From contig NC_091282.1 in assembly GCF_032444005.1 (NCBI RefSeq), forward strand, positions 419,926,001 through 419,990,000: a stretch of DNA of 64,000 bases. The letters are read 5' to 3'. Each line of letters begins with the position of its first letter. Position 1 is the stretch's first letter. Below, piece by piece: positions 11,718 to 24,624 of the stretch. The stretch comes from Ranitomeya imitator. Its lineage: Eukaryota. Made by a program: the position numbers and the translations under genes. The notes beneath the pieces are model-generated. The model worked only from the letters and a program-made list of their open reading frames with translations, made no database searches and was not told where the DNA came from.

Positions 11718-13027
11718 TGTTATGCACAATGGTGGATTTGTAGACCCACTGTGCCACTGGGCCAACCTGCCCACCGGGCCAGCCTGTGCAGCTAAGTGGC
11801 TTTCTGGTGTTCACTAGAGCTCCTGATGGTGGAGACAGACTGGGATACACGTAGCCACCAGGTACAACTCCTCTGCAAAACCCGGCACTGCAGCTGCTGA
11901 CCCCAGGGGCAGGTTCGGTGGTACTGTTTAGGGCTTGGTCTCTGTTCAGACTAATAAGTTCTGGCACATCGACAGAACGGTTACTGACACAGATTCGGGC
12001 TCGGTTCAGACATGTCTCTAGGATACTAAATCAGGGTTGGACTGCATATGGACCTGGGGACAATGTTCAGGTATTCACTGCACTTGGACCAGGGGACAAG
12101 TTTCAGGCACTGACCGCTTCTGGACCAGGGGATGAGGTTCAGGCATGGCCACTCTGGGACCAGAGGATGAGGTTCAGGCACTGGCCGCTCCAGGACAGGG
12201 GACGAGGTTCAGGCACTGGCCGCTCTGGGACCAGGAGACGAGGTTCAGGCACTGGCAACTTCGGGACCAGGAGACAAGGTTCAGGCACTGGCCGCTCTGG
12301 GACCAGAGGACGAGGTTCAGGTACTGGCCGCTCCGGGACCAGGAGACGAGGTTCAGGCACTGGCCGCTCTGGGACCAGAGGACGAGGTTCAGGTACTGGC
12401 CGCTCCAGGACCAGGAGACGAGGTTCAGGCACTGGCCACTTCGGGACCAGGAGACAAGGTTCAGGCACTGGCCACTCCGGGACCAGGAGACGAGGTTCAG
12501 ACACTGACCACTTCGGGACCAGGGGACAAAGTTCAGGCACTGGTCGCTCCAGGACCAATGTACTTCAGGAACAGGACAGGCTGCTCCGGGACCAGGGGAC
12601 TATGGATACAGGACTGGCCACACCGGGACCAGGGGACTTCAGGTAAAGGACTGGTCACACCAGGACCAGGGATACAGGTTCAGGACACTGGCTGCACCAG
12701 GACCAGGGACCTCACAACTCACTAATAGTGCACCTTACTCACTAATGAATCTACACATTGCTTGGCAAGTCCCTAAGGGAGAGGGAGTCTTTTATATAAG
12801 ATGCCTACCAGCTATTGACTGGGTGCCATCTTGCAGATGCACTAAATTATACTAAATGCCTCTCATCCACAAGCTGAAGGCATTTACTATATGTGCGCTA
12901 CCACTTTAAGAGCACACAGAGCAGGAGGCAGGAAGCACATCGGGGACTGCACCGAGGGCTGAGGCGGTGAGTAAGCCAGCGTCCCTGCATGGAGGGAGAA
13001 GGAGACACTATGCAGGAACGCTGGACA
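11718..13027. mobile_element. Probable solo LTR with an internal GC-rich minisatellite, inserted in an older DNA-transposon fragment
   Basis: TGTTA start and ...GGACA end, with an abrupt GC shift at both boundaries. No clean TSD was found. Confidence 0.5.
12135..12560. repeat. 36-bp minisatellite, ~11-12 copies
   Basis: Unit gaggttcaggcactggccgctc(t/c)gggaccaggagac. Produces the 12-aa-periodic ORFs at 11918-12646, 12139-12558 and 12145-12507. Confidence 0.95.
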
Positions 13028-13249
13028 GATACAAAAGTTGTCATGCTGCTCGTTTTTACCACACAATGAACCAAAAATAAAACCCAAAAATGTCGGAATT
13101 GCATCTTTTTGCCATTTCACCGCACTTGGAATTTTTTTTCCCCATTTTCCATTCCATTATTTAGTAAAATAAGCGGTGTAGTTCAAAAGTACAACTTGCC
13201 CTGCAATAAACGTGCCTTTATTATAGCTATGTCAATGAAAAAAATAGTG

Positions 13250-13475
13250 CTGCCAATCACCCACCAGACTATATAGTGGTTATCCTGATGAAGAAGTGTT
13301 GTATGCTTCGAAACACGTTGACAGCTAAAAACCGCTTCCAAATACCTTTCACTGTCCTCTCATCGTCTGGTGGGAGATTGGCAGTGCAATTTCAGATCCA
13401 TCTTTCCATTTGTCCACATTTTATCTGTCTGGATGATCCGGAGTTGTGACTGTCACAACCCCATAAGGTGAGTAT
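13250..13475 (+). ncRNA. Putative minimal type-I hammerhead ribozyme in a Penelope-like pLTR fragment
   Basis: CTGATGA (13285-13291), stem II GAAG/CTTC, GAAA (13310-13313), C-AC-GTT cleavage triplet. Enclosed by a 19/20-bp hairpin (13250-13269 with 13365-13384) and followed by AAG|GTGAGT (13468). Stem I is imperfect. Confidence 0.55.
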
Positions 13476-16099
13476 AATCCGTTTTTCTGTTTTCTCTCTT
13501 TTATACTGGATAAGACCATATTTGCTCTTCATTGTCTCCCCAGCCTATTTTTAATGGAAGTGTGGCTATTGCAGGAAGGGGTTAAATATCTTGTATCTCT
13601 AACATTTGCATCTGACCCATAGGTAACCTGTAGAATTTTTCTATCATTGTAATCTTAGTGGCCTTTGGCTCCATAGTTTGGTTTCTCAGAAGCATTTTCG
13701 TGTTATTACATGGATTTGACTGGGATTAACAAGGCCATTAGTTTAATGAAGACCCTTGTGACAAAATGACAGTTGTGTCACTCTAACGTTGAAGTGTTGC
13801 ACATGCCTGGAAATTTAGAACCAAGTAAGCTGAATACAGTCGGCATTATCCTGTTTACTACTTCCCTTAAATGGAAAATTTCGACAGAAAATGACCTATT
13901 GATTGTATCAGGTTTTTGCATTAAGTGTATTTTTTTTAATTATTTTTTCATTTATATTTACATAGCACAATCTGTAAAAAAATACAAATTAGTAATCTTG
14001 CCATTTTTTACACTGGCCTCTGTTTTTTTTTTTAGACTAATTTAATATTGTTTCAGGAAACAACACATGTACTTAGAATGGTCAGACCTAGCCCTATCTT
14101 ATATGTTGAAATGAGCCTGTGCAAAGGTCATTGTGAAGGAAGTGGTCGCAGGGTTACCCCTGCTGAATTTAATGACAATCTGTCAGCTCTCCTGACGTGT
14201 CTGTTTTAGTAAATAATTTTATTGCCCATGAAGTAACTATTCTGAAACATATTTTCTTAGTCCGGTATTTTTTGCCATTTGGTTTTTTTTTTCCTGGAAA
14301 TTAAAGAATAAATTGTCAATTGGGTATTAAGATTCTCTTTTTAAAGGATGGTGTCCCTATATAGCCAGGGAATGATTGGATAATGGCAGACTATGCAGGG
14401 ACAGCTCCCCAACTTTCTAAGACCCAGATGTCAATTTTTGCATATTTTACAGGGGAAAAATACAGAAACAAACAATGTAAAGTTCTAAGAAAAGATGATC
14501 CAGAATTGTTATTTATAAGAATAAGGAATAAACATAATTCATAAAAGTAACGTCAGGAAAGCTGGCCATTTCTCTTTGAGCATCCTGTTTAAGCTTCTTG
14601 TCTCTTGTGCATGCTGATAAAGTTTAGTGTTCAAAAAAAATTCCTATTCTATAGAATCAGGTTTTGGCGCAAAAAAAGCAGCAAAACCGGATACCTGCGT
14701 TTTTCGTGCTTTTGTTTCACCACCCATATTCATTTCAATGGGTGAAAAACATTGAAAGTAGTGGCATGGTCTATGTAAAAAAAAACATGCTTTTTGTAAC
14801 CCCACCTCCCACCACTGATTTACACATTTCTGTCAATGTCCGGTGTACACAGAAAGCTGCCAATCAATTTTGTGGGCGGGGTTATACAGAGCTCAGCATT
14901 CATAGCACTGCTACATCTGCAGCAGAGAAAACCGTGATTGCATCAAAATGACAGCAAGCAGCCTAGTAAGTGATGCATCACTGGAATCAATGTCTCAGCT
15001 CCTACATCATGCTGCTCTCAGATCAACCTGCTGACAGTTTTCCTAATGCTCTTTGCTGGCAAGGATAAAGTTTGGGTTCCTATCAATCACAATTGGCCCA
15101 CACAAAGACAATTTTTTGTTCAGACAAGTTACCTCAATACTGCACGCAGACAACCTGTGAGTTAGGGCAGAGACAGACTGCCTTATAACTCGTGCTAGAA
15201 TCGCATCACACTGCACGGACTGGCCGGGCACCTCTCCTGACTTGAGCAGGACAGCGTGATGGCTTACTATGCAGCTGTCAAGTCAGGAGAGCCGAAAGCC
15301 AGTACCAGGTTTACGATGCGATTCTTGCACGAGAAATATGGCAGTCTGTCTCTGCCCTTACAGAGAGTGTGGCCAGGAGTGCAGTTTGTAAGGCGAAATG
15401 AAGGAGACTCTACCAAGCCCTGTGAATTAACCCCTTCATGACCCAGCCTATTTTGACCTTAAAGACCTTGCCGTTTTTTGCAATTCTGACCAGTGTCCCT
15501 TTATGAGGTAATAACTCAGGAACGTTTCAACGGATCCTAGCGGTTCTGAGATTGTTTTTTCGTGACATATTGGGCTTCATGTTAGTGGTAAATTTAGGTC
15601 AATAAATTCTGCGTTTATTTGTGATAAAAACGGAAATTTGGCGAAAATTTTGAAAATTTTGCAATTTTCACATTTTGAATTTTTATTCTGTTAAACCAGA
15701 GAGTTATGTGACACAAAGTAGTTAATAAATAACATTTCCCACATGTTTACTTTACATCAGCACAATTTTGGAAACAAAATTTTTTTTTGCTAGGAAGTTA
15801 TAAGGGTTAAAATTTGACCAGCGATTTATCATTTTTACAACGAAATTTACAAAACCATTTTTTTTAGGGACCACCTCACATTTGAAGTCAGTTTGAGGGG
15901 TCTATATGGCTGAAAATACCCAAAAGTGACACCATTCTAAAAAATGCACCCCTAAAGGTACTCAAAACCACATTCAAGAAGTTTATTAACCCTTCAGGTA
16001 CTTCACAGCAGCAGAAGCAACATGGAAGGAAAAAATGAACATTTAACTTTTTAGTCACAAAAATTATCTTTTAGCAACAATTTTTTTATTTTCCCAATG

Positions 16100-19000
16100 G
16101 TAAAAGGAGAAACTGAACCATGAAAGTTGTTGTCCAATTTGTCCTGAGTACGCTGATACCTCATATGTAGGGGTAAACCACTGTTTGGGCGCACGGCAGG
16201 GCTTGTGTTGTGAATTCTGTGGCAGAGTTCACTCCTGTGGTCACAAGTGGTACTTCGGCTGATTCTCTCTGGGATCTTCCGTTTGTGGAGGAAAGTGGTA
16301 CTGCAGCTTCTGAGTTTCCTCCCTCAGGTGATCTGGTGAGCTCGTTAGCTTCTTCTCTACTTAACTCCACCTGATGCTTTGATCTATGCTTCCTGTCAAT
16401 GTTTCAGTGTGGGACTTGTTTTTTTCCCTGGATCATTCCTGTGGCCTGCTGCTCTGCAAAGCTAAGTTTTGCTTATGTTATTTTGTTGCTATTTTTCTGT
16501 CCAGCTTGCTTTATTGGAGCTGGAAGCTCTGAGACGCAGAGGGACCACCTCCGTACCGTTAGTCGGTGCGGAGGGTCTTTTTGTCCCCTCTGCGTGGTTT
16601 TTTATAGGTTTTTGTGCTGACCGCAAAGTTATCTTCCCTATCCTCGTTCTGTTCAGCTAGTCGGGCCTCACTTTGCTAATTCTGTTTCATTTCTATGTTT
16701 GTGTTTTCATCTTACTCACAGTCATTATATGTGGGGGGCTGCCTTTTCCTTTGGGGAATTTCTCTGAGGCAAGGTAGGCTTATTATTCTATCTTCAGGAT
16801 TAGCTAGTTTCTCAGGCTGTGATGAGGCGCCTAGGTTCTGGTCAGGAGCGCTCCACGGCTACCTTTAGTGTGGTTTGATAGGCTTAGGGATTGCGGTCTG
16901 CAGAGTTCCCACGTCTCAGAGCTCGTTCTATTATTTTGGGTTACTGTCAGTTCACTGTATGTGCTCTGACCTCCATGTCCATTGTGATTCTGAATTGCCT
17001 TTCACTTCAGGCTTGGAAGGAAAGGAGCGCCATTTGACTTTTTGAATGAAAAATTGGCTCCACTCTTTAGCGGACACCATGTCACGTTTGGAGAGCCCCC
17101 GTGTGCCTAAAAATTGGAGCTCCCCCACTAGTGACCCCATTTTGGAAACTAGACGCCCCAAGGAACTTATCTAGATGCATAGTGAGCACTTTGAACCCCC
17201 AGGTGCTTCACAAATTGATCCGTAAAAATGAAAAAGTACTTTTTTTTCACAAAAAATTTTTTAGCCTCAATTTTTTCATTTTCACATGGGCAACAGGATA
17301 AAATGGATCATAAAATTTGTTGGGCAATTTCTCCTGAGTACACCGATACCTCACATGTGGAGGTAAACCACTGTTTGGGCACATGGTAAGGCTCGGAAGG
17401 GAAGGAGCGCCATTTGACTTTTTGAATGAAAAATTATCTCCATCGTTAGCGGACACCATGTCGCGTTTGGAGAGCCCCTGTGTGCCTAAGCATTGGAGCT
17501 CCCCCACAAGTGACCCCATTTTGGAAACTAGACCCCCCAAGGAACTTATCTAGATGCCTAGTGAGCACTTTAAACCCTCAGGTGCTTCACAAATTGATCT
17601 GTAAAAATGAAAAAGTACTTTTTTTTTCACAAAAAAATTCTTTTCGCCTCAATTTTTTCATTTTCACATGGGCAATAGGATAAAATGGATCCTAAAATTT
17701 GTTGGGCAATTTCTCCCGAGTACGCCGATACCTCATATGTGGGGGAAAACCACTGTTTGGGCACACGGCAGGGCTCGGAAGGGAAGGCGCGCCATTTGAC
17801 TTTTTGAATGGAAAATTAGCTCCAATTGTTAGCGGACACCATGTCGCGTTTGGAGAGCCCCTGTGTGCCTAAACATTGGAGCTCCCCCACAAGTGACCCC
17901 ATTTTGGAAACTAGACCCCCCAAGGAACTTATCTAGATGCATATTGAGCACTTTAAACCCCCAGGTGCTTCACAGAAGTTTATAACGCAGAGCCATGAAA
18001 TAAAAAATAATTTTTCTTTCCTCAAAAATGATTTTTTAGCCTGGAATTTCCTATTTTGCCAAGGGTAATAGGAGAAATTGGACCCCAAATTTTGTTGTCC
18101 AGTTTGTCCTGAGTACGCTGATACCCCATATGTGGGGGTAAACTACTGTTTGGGCACACGGCAGGGCTCGGAAGGGAAGGCACGTCATTTGGCTTTTTAA
18201 ATGGAAAATTAGCTCCAATCATTAGCGGACACCATGACGCGTTTGGAGAGCCCCTGTGTGCCTAAACATTGGAGATCCCCCATAAATGACCCAATTTTGG
18301 AAACTAGACCCCCAAAGGAACTAATCTAGAAGTGTGGTGAGGACTTTGAACCCCCAAGTGCTTCACAGAAGTTTATAACGCAGAGCCATGAAAATAAAAA
18401 AAAAAAATTATTTTCTCAAAAATGATCTTTTAGCCTGCAATTTTTTATTTTCCCAAGGGTAACAGGAGAAATTTGACCCCAAAAGTTGTTGTCCAGTTTC
18501 TCCTGAATACGCTGATACCCCATATGTGGGGGTAAACCACTGTTTGGGCACATGCCGGGGCTCGGAAGTGAAGTAGTGACGTTTTGAAATGCAGACTTTG
18601 ATGGAATGCTCTGCGGGCGTCACGTTGCGTTTGCAGAGCCCCTGATGTGGCTAAACAGTAGATACCCCCCACAAGTGACCCCATTTTGGAAACTAGACCC
18701 CCAAAGCAACTAATCTAGATGTGTGGTGAGGACTTTGAACCCCCAAGTGCTTCACAGAAGTTTATAACGCAGAGCCATGAAAATAAAAATAAAAATTTAT
18801 TTTCTCAAAAATGATCTTTTAGCCTGCAATTTTTTATTTTCCCAAGGGTTACAGGAGAAATTTGACCCCAAAAGTTGTTGTCCAGTTTCTCCTGAGTACG
18901 CTGATACCCCATATGTGGGGGTAAACCACTGTTTGGGCACATGCCGGGGCTCGGAAGTGAAGTAGTGACGTTTTGAAATGCAGACTTTGATGGAATGCTC

Positions 19001-19850
19001 TGCGGGCGTTACGATGCGTTTGCAGAGCCCCTGATGTGGCTAAACAGTAGAAACCCCCCACAAGTGACCCCATTTTGGAAACTAGACACCGAAAGAAACT
19101 TATCTAGATGTGTGGTGAGCACTTTGAACCCCCAAGTGCTTCACAGAAGTTTATAATGCAGAGCCGTGAAAATAATAAATACGTTTTCTTTCCTCAAAAA
19201 TAATTATTTAGCCCAGAATTTTTTATTTTCCCAAGGGTTACAGGAGAAATTGGACCCCAAAAGTTGTTGTCCAGTTTCTCCTGAGTACGATGATACCCCA
19301 TGTGTGGGGGTAAACCACTGTTTGGGTACACGTCGGGGCTCAGAAGGGAAGTAGTGACTTTTGAAATGCAGACTTTGATGGAATGGTCTGCGGGCGTCGC
19401 GTTGCGTTTGCAGAGCCCCTGGTGTGCCTAAACAGTAGAAACCCCCCATAAGTGACCCCATTTTAGAAACTAGACCCCCCAAGAAACTTTTCTAGATATG
19501 TGGTGAGCACTTTGAACCCCCAAGTGCTTCACAGACGTTTACAACGCAGAGCCGTGAAAATAAAAAATCATTTTTCTTTCCTCAAAAATGATGTTTTAGC
19601 AAGCATTTTTTTATTTTCACAAGGGTAACAGGAGAAATTAGACCCCAGTAATTGTTGCCCAGTTTGTCCTGAGTATGCTGGTACCCCATATGAGGGGGTA
19701 AACCACTGTTTGGGCGCACGTCGGGGCTCGGAAGTGAGGGAGCACCATTTGACTTTTTGAATACAAGATTGGCTGGAATCAATGGTGGCGCCATGTTGCG
19801 TTTGGAGACCCCTGATGTGCCTAAACAGTGGAAACCCCTCAATTCTACCT
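16100..19850. repeat. Internal tandem array of ~380-395 bp units (8 units)
   Basis: Marker GA(G/A)TA(C/T)...(A)TACC...ATGTGGGGGTAAACCACTGTTTGGG recurs at ~16147, 17337, 17718, 18113, 18506, 18894, 19284 and 19671. Confidence 0.92.
16206..17009 (+). mobile_element. Solo LTR of the Gypsy family at 31891
   Basis: TGTTGTGAATTCTGTGGCAGAGTTCACTCC start as at 31891. GGCTTG duplicated on both sides. The empty site is visible in the second piggyBac-like copy (~45231). Confidence 0.93.
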
Positions 19851-19852
19851 CC

Positions 19853-19949
19853 AACACTAACCCCCCCACACCCCTAACCCTAATCCCAACTGTAGCCATA
19901 ACCCTAATCACAACCCTAACCACAACCCTAATTCCAACCCTAACCCTAA
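19853..19949. repeat. Degenerate (CCCTAA)n telomere-type hexamer array (also 20673-20730 and 47690-47836)
   Basis: Direct reading: CCCTAA mixed with CCCTAG, CACTAA and CACAA variants. Confidence 0.85.
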
Positions 19950-20670
19950 GGCTATGTGCCCACGTTGCGGATTCGTGTGAGATTTTTCAGCATCATTTTT
20001 GAAAAATCCGCGGGTAAAAGGCACTGCGTTTTACCTGCGGATTTACCGCGGATTTCCAGTGTTTTTTGTGCGGATTTCACCTGTGGATTCCTATTGAGGA
20101 ACAGGTGTAAAACGCTGCGGAATCCGCACAAAGAATTGACATGCTGCGGAAAATACAACGTAGCGTTTCCGCGCGGTATTTTCCGCACCATGGGCACAGC
20201 GGATTTGGTTTTCCATAGGTTTACATGGTACTGTAAACCTGATGGAACACTGCTGCGAATCCGCAGCGGCCAATCCGCTGCGGATCCGCAGCCAAATCCG
20301 CACTGTGTGCACATAGCCTAATTCTAAAGGTATGTGCACACACTGCGGAAAACGCTGCGGATCCACAGCAGTCTCCCATGAGTTTACAGTTCAATGTAAA
20401 CCTATGGGAAACAAAAATCGTTGTACACATGCTGCAGAAAAACTGCACGGAAACGCAGCGGTTTACATTCTGCAGCATGTCACTTGTTTCTGCGGATTCC
20501 GCAGCGGTTTTACAACTGCTCCAATAGAAAATCGCAGTTGTAAAACCGCAGTGAAATGCGCAGAAAAACCACGGTAAATCCGCCATAAATCCGCAGCGGT
20601 TTAACACTGCGGATTTATCAAATCCGCAGCGGAAAAATCCGTAGAGGAACAGAATACGTGTGCACATACT
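19950..20670. mobile_element. Two adjacent PIF/Harbinger-type MITEs (19950-20318, 20328-~20670) nested in the piggyBac-like element; also present in copy 2
   Basis: TAA|GGCTATGTGC...GTGTGCACATAGCC|TAA and TAA|AGGTATGTGCACAC...GTGTGCACATAC. Palindromic tgcggatt/aatccgca bodies. Confidence 0.8.
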
Positions 20671-20999
20671 GAAACCCTAACCCTAGCCCTAACCCTAACC
20701 CTAACCCTAGCCCTAACCCTAACCCTAACCCTAAACCTTAGTGGAAAAAAAAAATTCTTTATTTTTTTATTGTCCCTACCTATGGGGGTGACAAAGGGGG
20801 GGGGGGTCATTTATTATTTTTTTAATTTTGATCACTGTGATAGATTATATCTCAGTGATCAAAATGCACTTTGGAACGAATCTGCCGGCCGGCAGATTCG
20901 GCGGGCGCACTGCGCATGCGCCCGCCATTTTGGAAGATGGCAGCGCCCAGGGAGAAGACGGACGGACTCCGGCAGGATGGGTAAGTATGATGGGGTGGG

Positions 21000-21240
21000 G
21001 GGGAGCACGGGGGGGGGGATCGGAGCATGGGGGGTGGGATCGGAGCGCGGGGGGGTGGAACGGAGCACGGGGGGTGGAACGGAGCACGGGGGGGATCGGA
21101 GCACGGGGGGGGTGGATGATGGACGGGGGGTGGATCGGAGTGCAGGGGGGTTGGATCGGAGCACGGGGGGTGATTGGAGCATGGGGGGAGTGGACAAGAG
21201 CACGGGGGGAGCGGAGTACAGGACGGAGGGGAGCCGGAGC
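21000..21240. repeat. G-rich ~18-20 bp minisatellite (GGAGCACGGGGGGG...), also 48955-49170
   Basis: Direct reading. Source of the Pro/Gly-rich ORFs. Confidence 0.9.
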
Positions 21241-21785
21241 AGTGTACCGGACAGATCAGTGGCTTGGGGGGGCGATCGGTGGGGTGGGGTGGGGGCACAT
21301 TAGTGTTTCCAGCCATGGCCGATGATATTGCAGCATCGACCATGGCTGGATTGTAATATTTCACCAGTTTTAATAGGTGAAATATTACAAATCGCTCTGA
21401 TTGGCAGTTTCACTTTCAACAGCCAATCAGAGCGATCGTAGCCACGGGGGGGCTAAACTACCACTCCCCCTGTCCCTGCAGATCGGGTGAAATGGGAGTT
21501 AACCCTTTCACCCGATCTGCAGGGACGCGATCTTTCCATGACGCCACATAGGCGTCACAGGTCGGATTGGCACCGACTTTCATGACGCCTACGTGGCGTC
21601 AAAGGTCGGGAAGGGGTTAAATATCCCTTCTTGAGCCTCAATTGAGAATATTAATGGGGAGTTTTTATTTAAAGGGGTGTTTCATTTAACTTAAAAATGT
21701 GACATTTTATCTACATTTCAATTTGTCAACTGGGTACAACAAATGCTAAATCTATGATGTTGCTTAATTACTTATATGAACCTAC

Positions 21786-21854
21786 CTAAGGAGCATTCCT
21801 TGCATCCGTCTGCACAAGGCACACATTCTTCACTGTCTGGATCTTCAACTTCTC
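21786..21854 (-). CDS. PCSK5: PCSK5 coding exon (69 nt): (G)EVEDPDSEECVPCADGCKECSL(D)
   Basis: Acceptor tttttcccgtgcAG, donor GTAGGT, phase 1/1. Matches recalled human GEVQDPDYEECVPCEEGCLGCSLD. Confidence 0.93.
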   Translation of the reverse strand, partial: EKLKIQTVKNVCLVQTDARNAP

Positions 21855-22111
21855 CTGCACGGGAAAAATGTTCAAGGTATATTGTGAGATGTAGAAGTTT
21901 GATAACACCAGATTATACCTGAGAGAACACTTTGGAGCAGTAACCATATTGTTTGTGGCAAGTTTTATGAACCCTATAAATATGTGTCCCTTTAAGTTTA
22001 GCTTCATATTTGTTTCTTTATCATGAAAAAATGTCTTGTTCCTGGAAGAATTCATACTTTATAATCAATGTTACATGACCAGATATATAATATTTCCAAT
22101 ATTATTATATG

Positions 22112-23682
22112 CACTGCTAAAAAAAATAAAGGGAACACTAAAACCCTACATCCTAGATATCACTGAATGAAATATTCCAGTTGTAAATCTTTATTCATTA
22201 CATAGTGGAATGTGTTGAGAACAATAAAACCTAAAAATGACCAACGTAAATCATAACTAATATCCCACGGAGGTCTGAAGTTGGAATGATGCTCAAAATC
22301 AAAGTGGAAAATGAAGTTACAGGCTGATCCAACTTCAGTGAAATGCCTCAAGACAAGGAAATGATGCTCAGTAGTGCGTGTGACCTCCACGTGCCTCTAT
22401 GATCTCCCTACAATGCTTGGGCTTGCTCCTGATAAGGTGGTAGATGGTCTCCTGAGGGATCTCCTCCCAGACTTGGACTAAAGCATCCGCCAACTCCTGG
22501 ACAGTCTCTGGTGCAACGTAACATTGGTGGATGGTGCAAGACTTGATGTCCCAGATGAGTTCAATCAGATTCAGGTCTGGGGAACGGGTGGGCCAGTCCA
22601 TAGCTTCAATGCCTTCATCTTGGAGGAATTGCAGACACAATCTAGCCACATGAGGTCTCGCATTGTCCTGCATTAGGAGGAACCAAGGGCCAACAGCACC
22701 AGCATATGGTCTCACATGGGGTCTGAGGATCTCATCTCGGTACCTAATGGCAGTATAGCTACCTCTGGTGAGCACATGGAGGGCTGTGGGGCCCTCTAAA
22801 GAAATGCCACCCCGCACTATTACTGACCCACTGCCAAACCAGTCATACTGAAGGGTGTTGCAGGCAGCAGATCGCTCTCCACGGCGTCTCCAGACTGCCC
22901 CGTCTGTCACATGTGCTCAGTGTGCACCTGCTTTCATCTGTGAAGAGCACAGGGCCCCAGTGGCAAATTTGCCAATCCTGGTGTTCTGTGGCAAATACCA
23001 AGCATCCTGCACGGTGTTGGGCTGTGAGCACAACCCCCAACTGTGGACGTCGGGCACTCAGACCATCATCATGGAATCGGTTTCTAACCGTTTGTGCAGA
23101 TACATGCACATTTGTTGCCTGCTGGACGTCATTTTGCAGGGCTCTGGCAGTGCTCCTCCTGTTCCTCCTTGCACAAAGGTGGGGGTCCTGCTGCTGGGTT
23201 GTTGGCCTCCTTCGGCCCCCTCCACATCTCCTGGTGTACCGTCCTATCTCCTGGTAGCGCCTCCAACCTCTTTACACTATGCTAACAGACACAGCAAACC
23301 TTCTTGCCACAGCTCGCATTGATGTGCCATCCTGGATGAGCTGCACTACCTGAGCCACTTGTGTGGGTTGTAGAGTCCGTCTCATGCTACCACGAGTGTG
23401 AAACCACAACCAGCATTCAAAGGTGACCAAAACATCAGCCAGAAAGCATTGGTACTGAGATGTGGTCTGTGGTCCCCACCTGCAGAGCCACTCCTTTATT
23501 GAGTGTGTCTTGATAATTGCCAATAATTTCCATCTGTTGTCTATTCCATTTGCACAACAGCATGTGAAATTGATTGTCAATCAGTGTTGCTTCCTAAGTG
23601 GACAGTTTGATTTCACAGAAATTTGTTTTACTTGGAGTTATATTCTGTTGTTTAAGTGTTCCCTTTATATTTTTGAGCAGTG
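22112..23682 (-). mobile_element. Decayed DD34E Tc1-family transposon, copy 2 (same family as 5585-7145)
   Basis: TIRs CACTGCT(C/A)AAAA.ATAAAGGGAACAC. Transposase [23 protein letters not shown] with frameshifts. Confidence 0.9.
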
Positions 23683-24624
23683 TATTTATCCTACAATACT
23701 TATTCTGCATATTCTCCATAACTATTTCTTCTTGAATTAAGAATAATCTCATTCCTTGGATTCCTGACTGTTTGCCTTTTCATGCTGAATGCTACAGTGT
23801 CTTTTCTTACAATTTTGTGTTGTTCCTCCTGGAAATATATGAATAAATTGACAACTTGGTGTTACCTGTTACCAGTTTCGGCGGGACAAGCAATGTCAGG
23901 AAAGACCTGGACAAGCATGTTAAATTTCAATACCAGTTTCTTTTTTTTTTCTCCTAGGACTAGGAAGAAGACACCACCAGTGGTGTCTGGCAGCAGCTTT
24001 AAGATGTGAAAAGTCATCTGAATTTATTTCAGTGGCTCAGAAGATTATTTCATTTTTATGGTGGTCCCCCAAATCTCCCCTGACAGATACTGTTGGAATT
24101 TCAAAGGCCAATCCTTTTATACTGGGAAAATAGACTTCAGCCAGAAATGGACGGCAGCATGGCTTTATCATGTGTGCTGCCAGCTTCACAAGGGAGAGAT
24201 ATCTGCTGGCAAATAAGTGTTCAACCACCTGCTATCTAAGGCATATGGGCAACTTAAAAAAAAAGTCAAGAGATCTGACTATTTTCTTTTTTTGCAGTTT
24301 TTTATTATTTTTATGCATACTTTAATTCTAGGTCTAACAAGTATGATCCTTCAACAGCTGTTTTGCTCAATGGATATTTGCAACACAAACAGTTTTATCC
24401 TTTCTTTGGGCGAGGGGTTGATTTGTACTTTGCAGATGTACAGGATTAATACATAACCCATAGATAATCATAAGGACAGATGAAAACTATACAGGAAAGA
24501 AAGTTGGCCGAAAAGCAAACCACGTAACATAGTAGGTGCCAGTGTAGGAACAGCTCAGTCTTAACTTCAGAGAGCTAAAAATTCGGAGTGAAGAAAGGGT
24601 AAGGGTGAAAACCCTTCTACAAAC

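Larger units (their letters stand above)
15431..21616. mobile_element. Large non-autonomous piggyBac-like element, copy 1 (6.2 kb including a nested solo LTR)
   Basis: TTAA|CCCCTTCATGACC ... GGTCGGGAAGGGG|TTAA. Collinear with 44463-49582. No transposase. Confidence 0.88.

Noticed and set aside
16100-19850. Regularly spaced repeats (and the 59-bp and 36-bp arrays) as CRISPR-like arrays
   Set aside because: Whole units are repeated with no unique spacers, there are no cas genes, and the context is a vertebrate intron.
19853-19949. True telomere or chromosome fusion site
   Set aside because: Short and degenerate, internal to a repeated element, with no head-to-head TTAGGG/CCCTAA junction.
20770-21364. 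Pro/Gly-rich ORFs (also 48709-49311)
   Set aside because: They are by-products of the G-rich minisatellite inside the piggyBac-like element.
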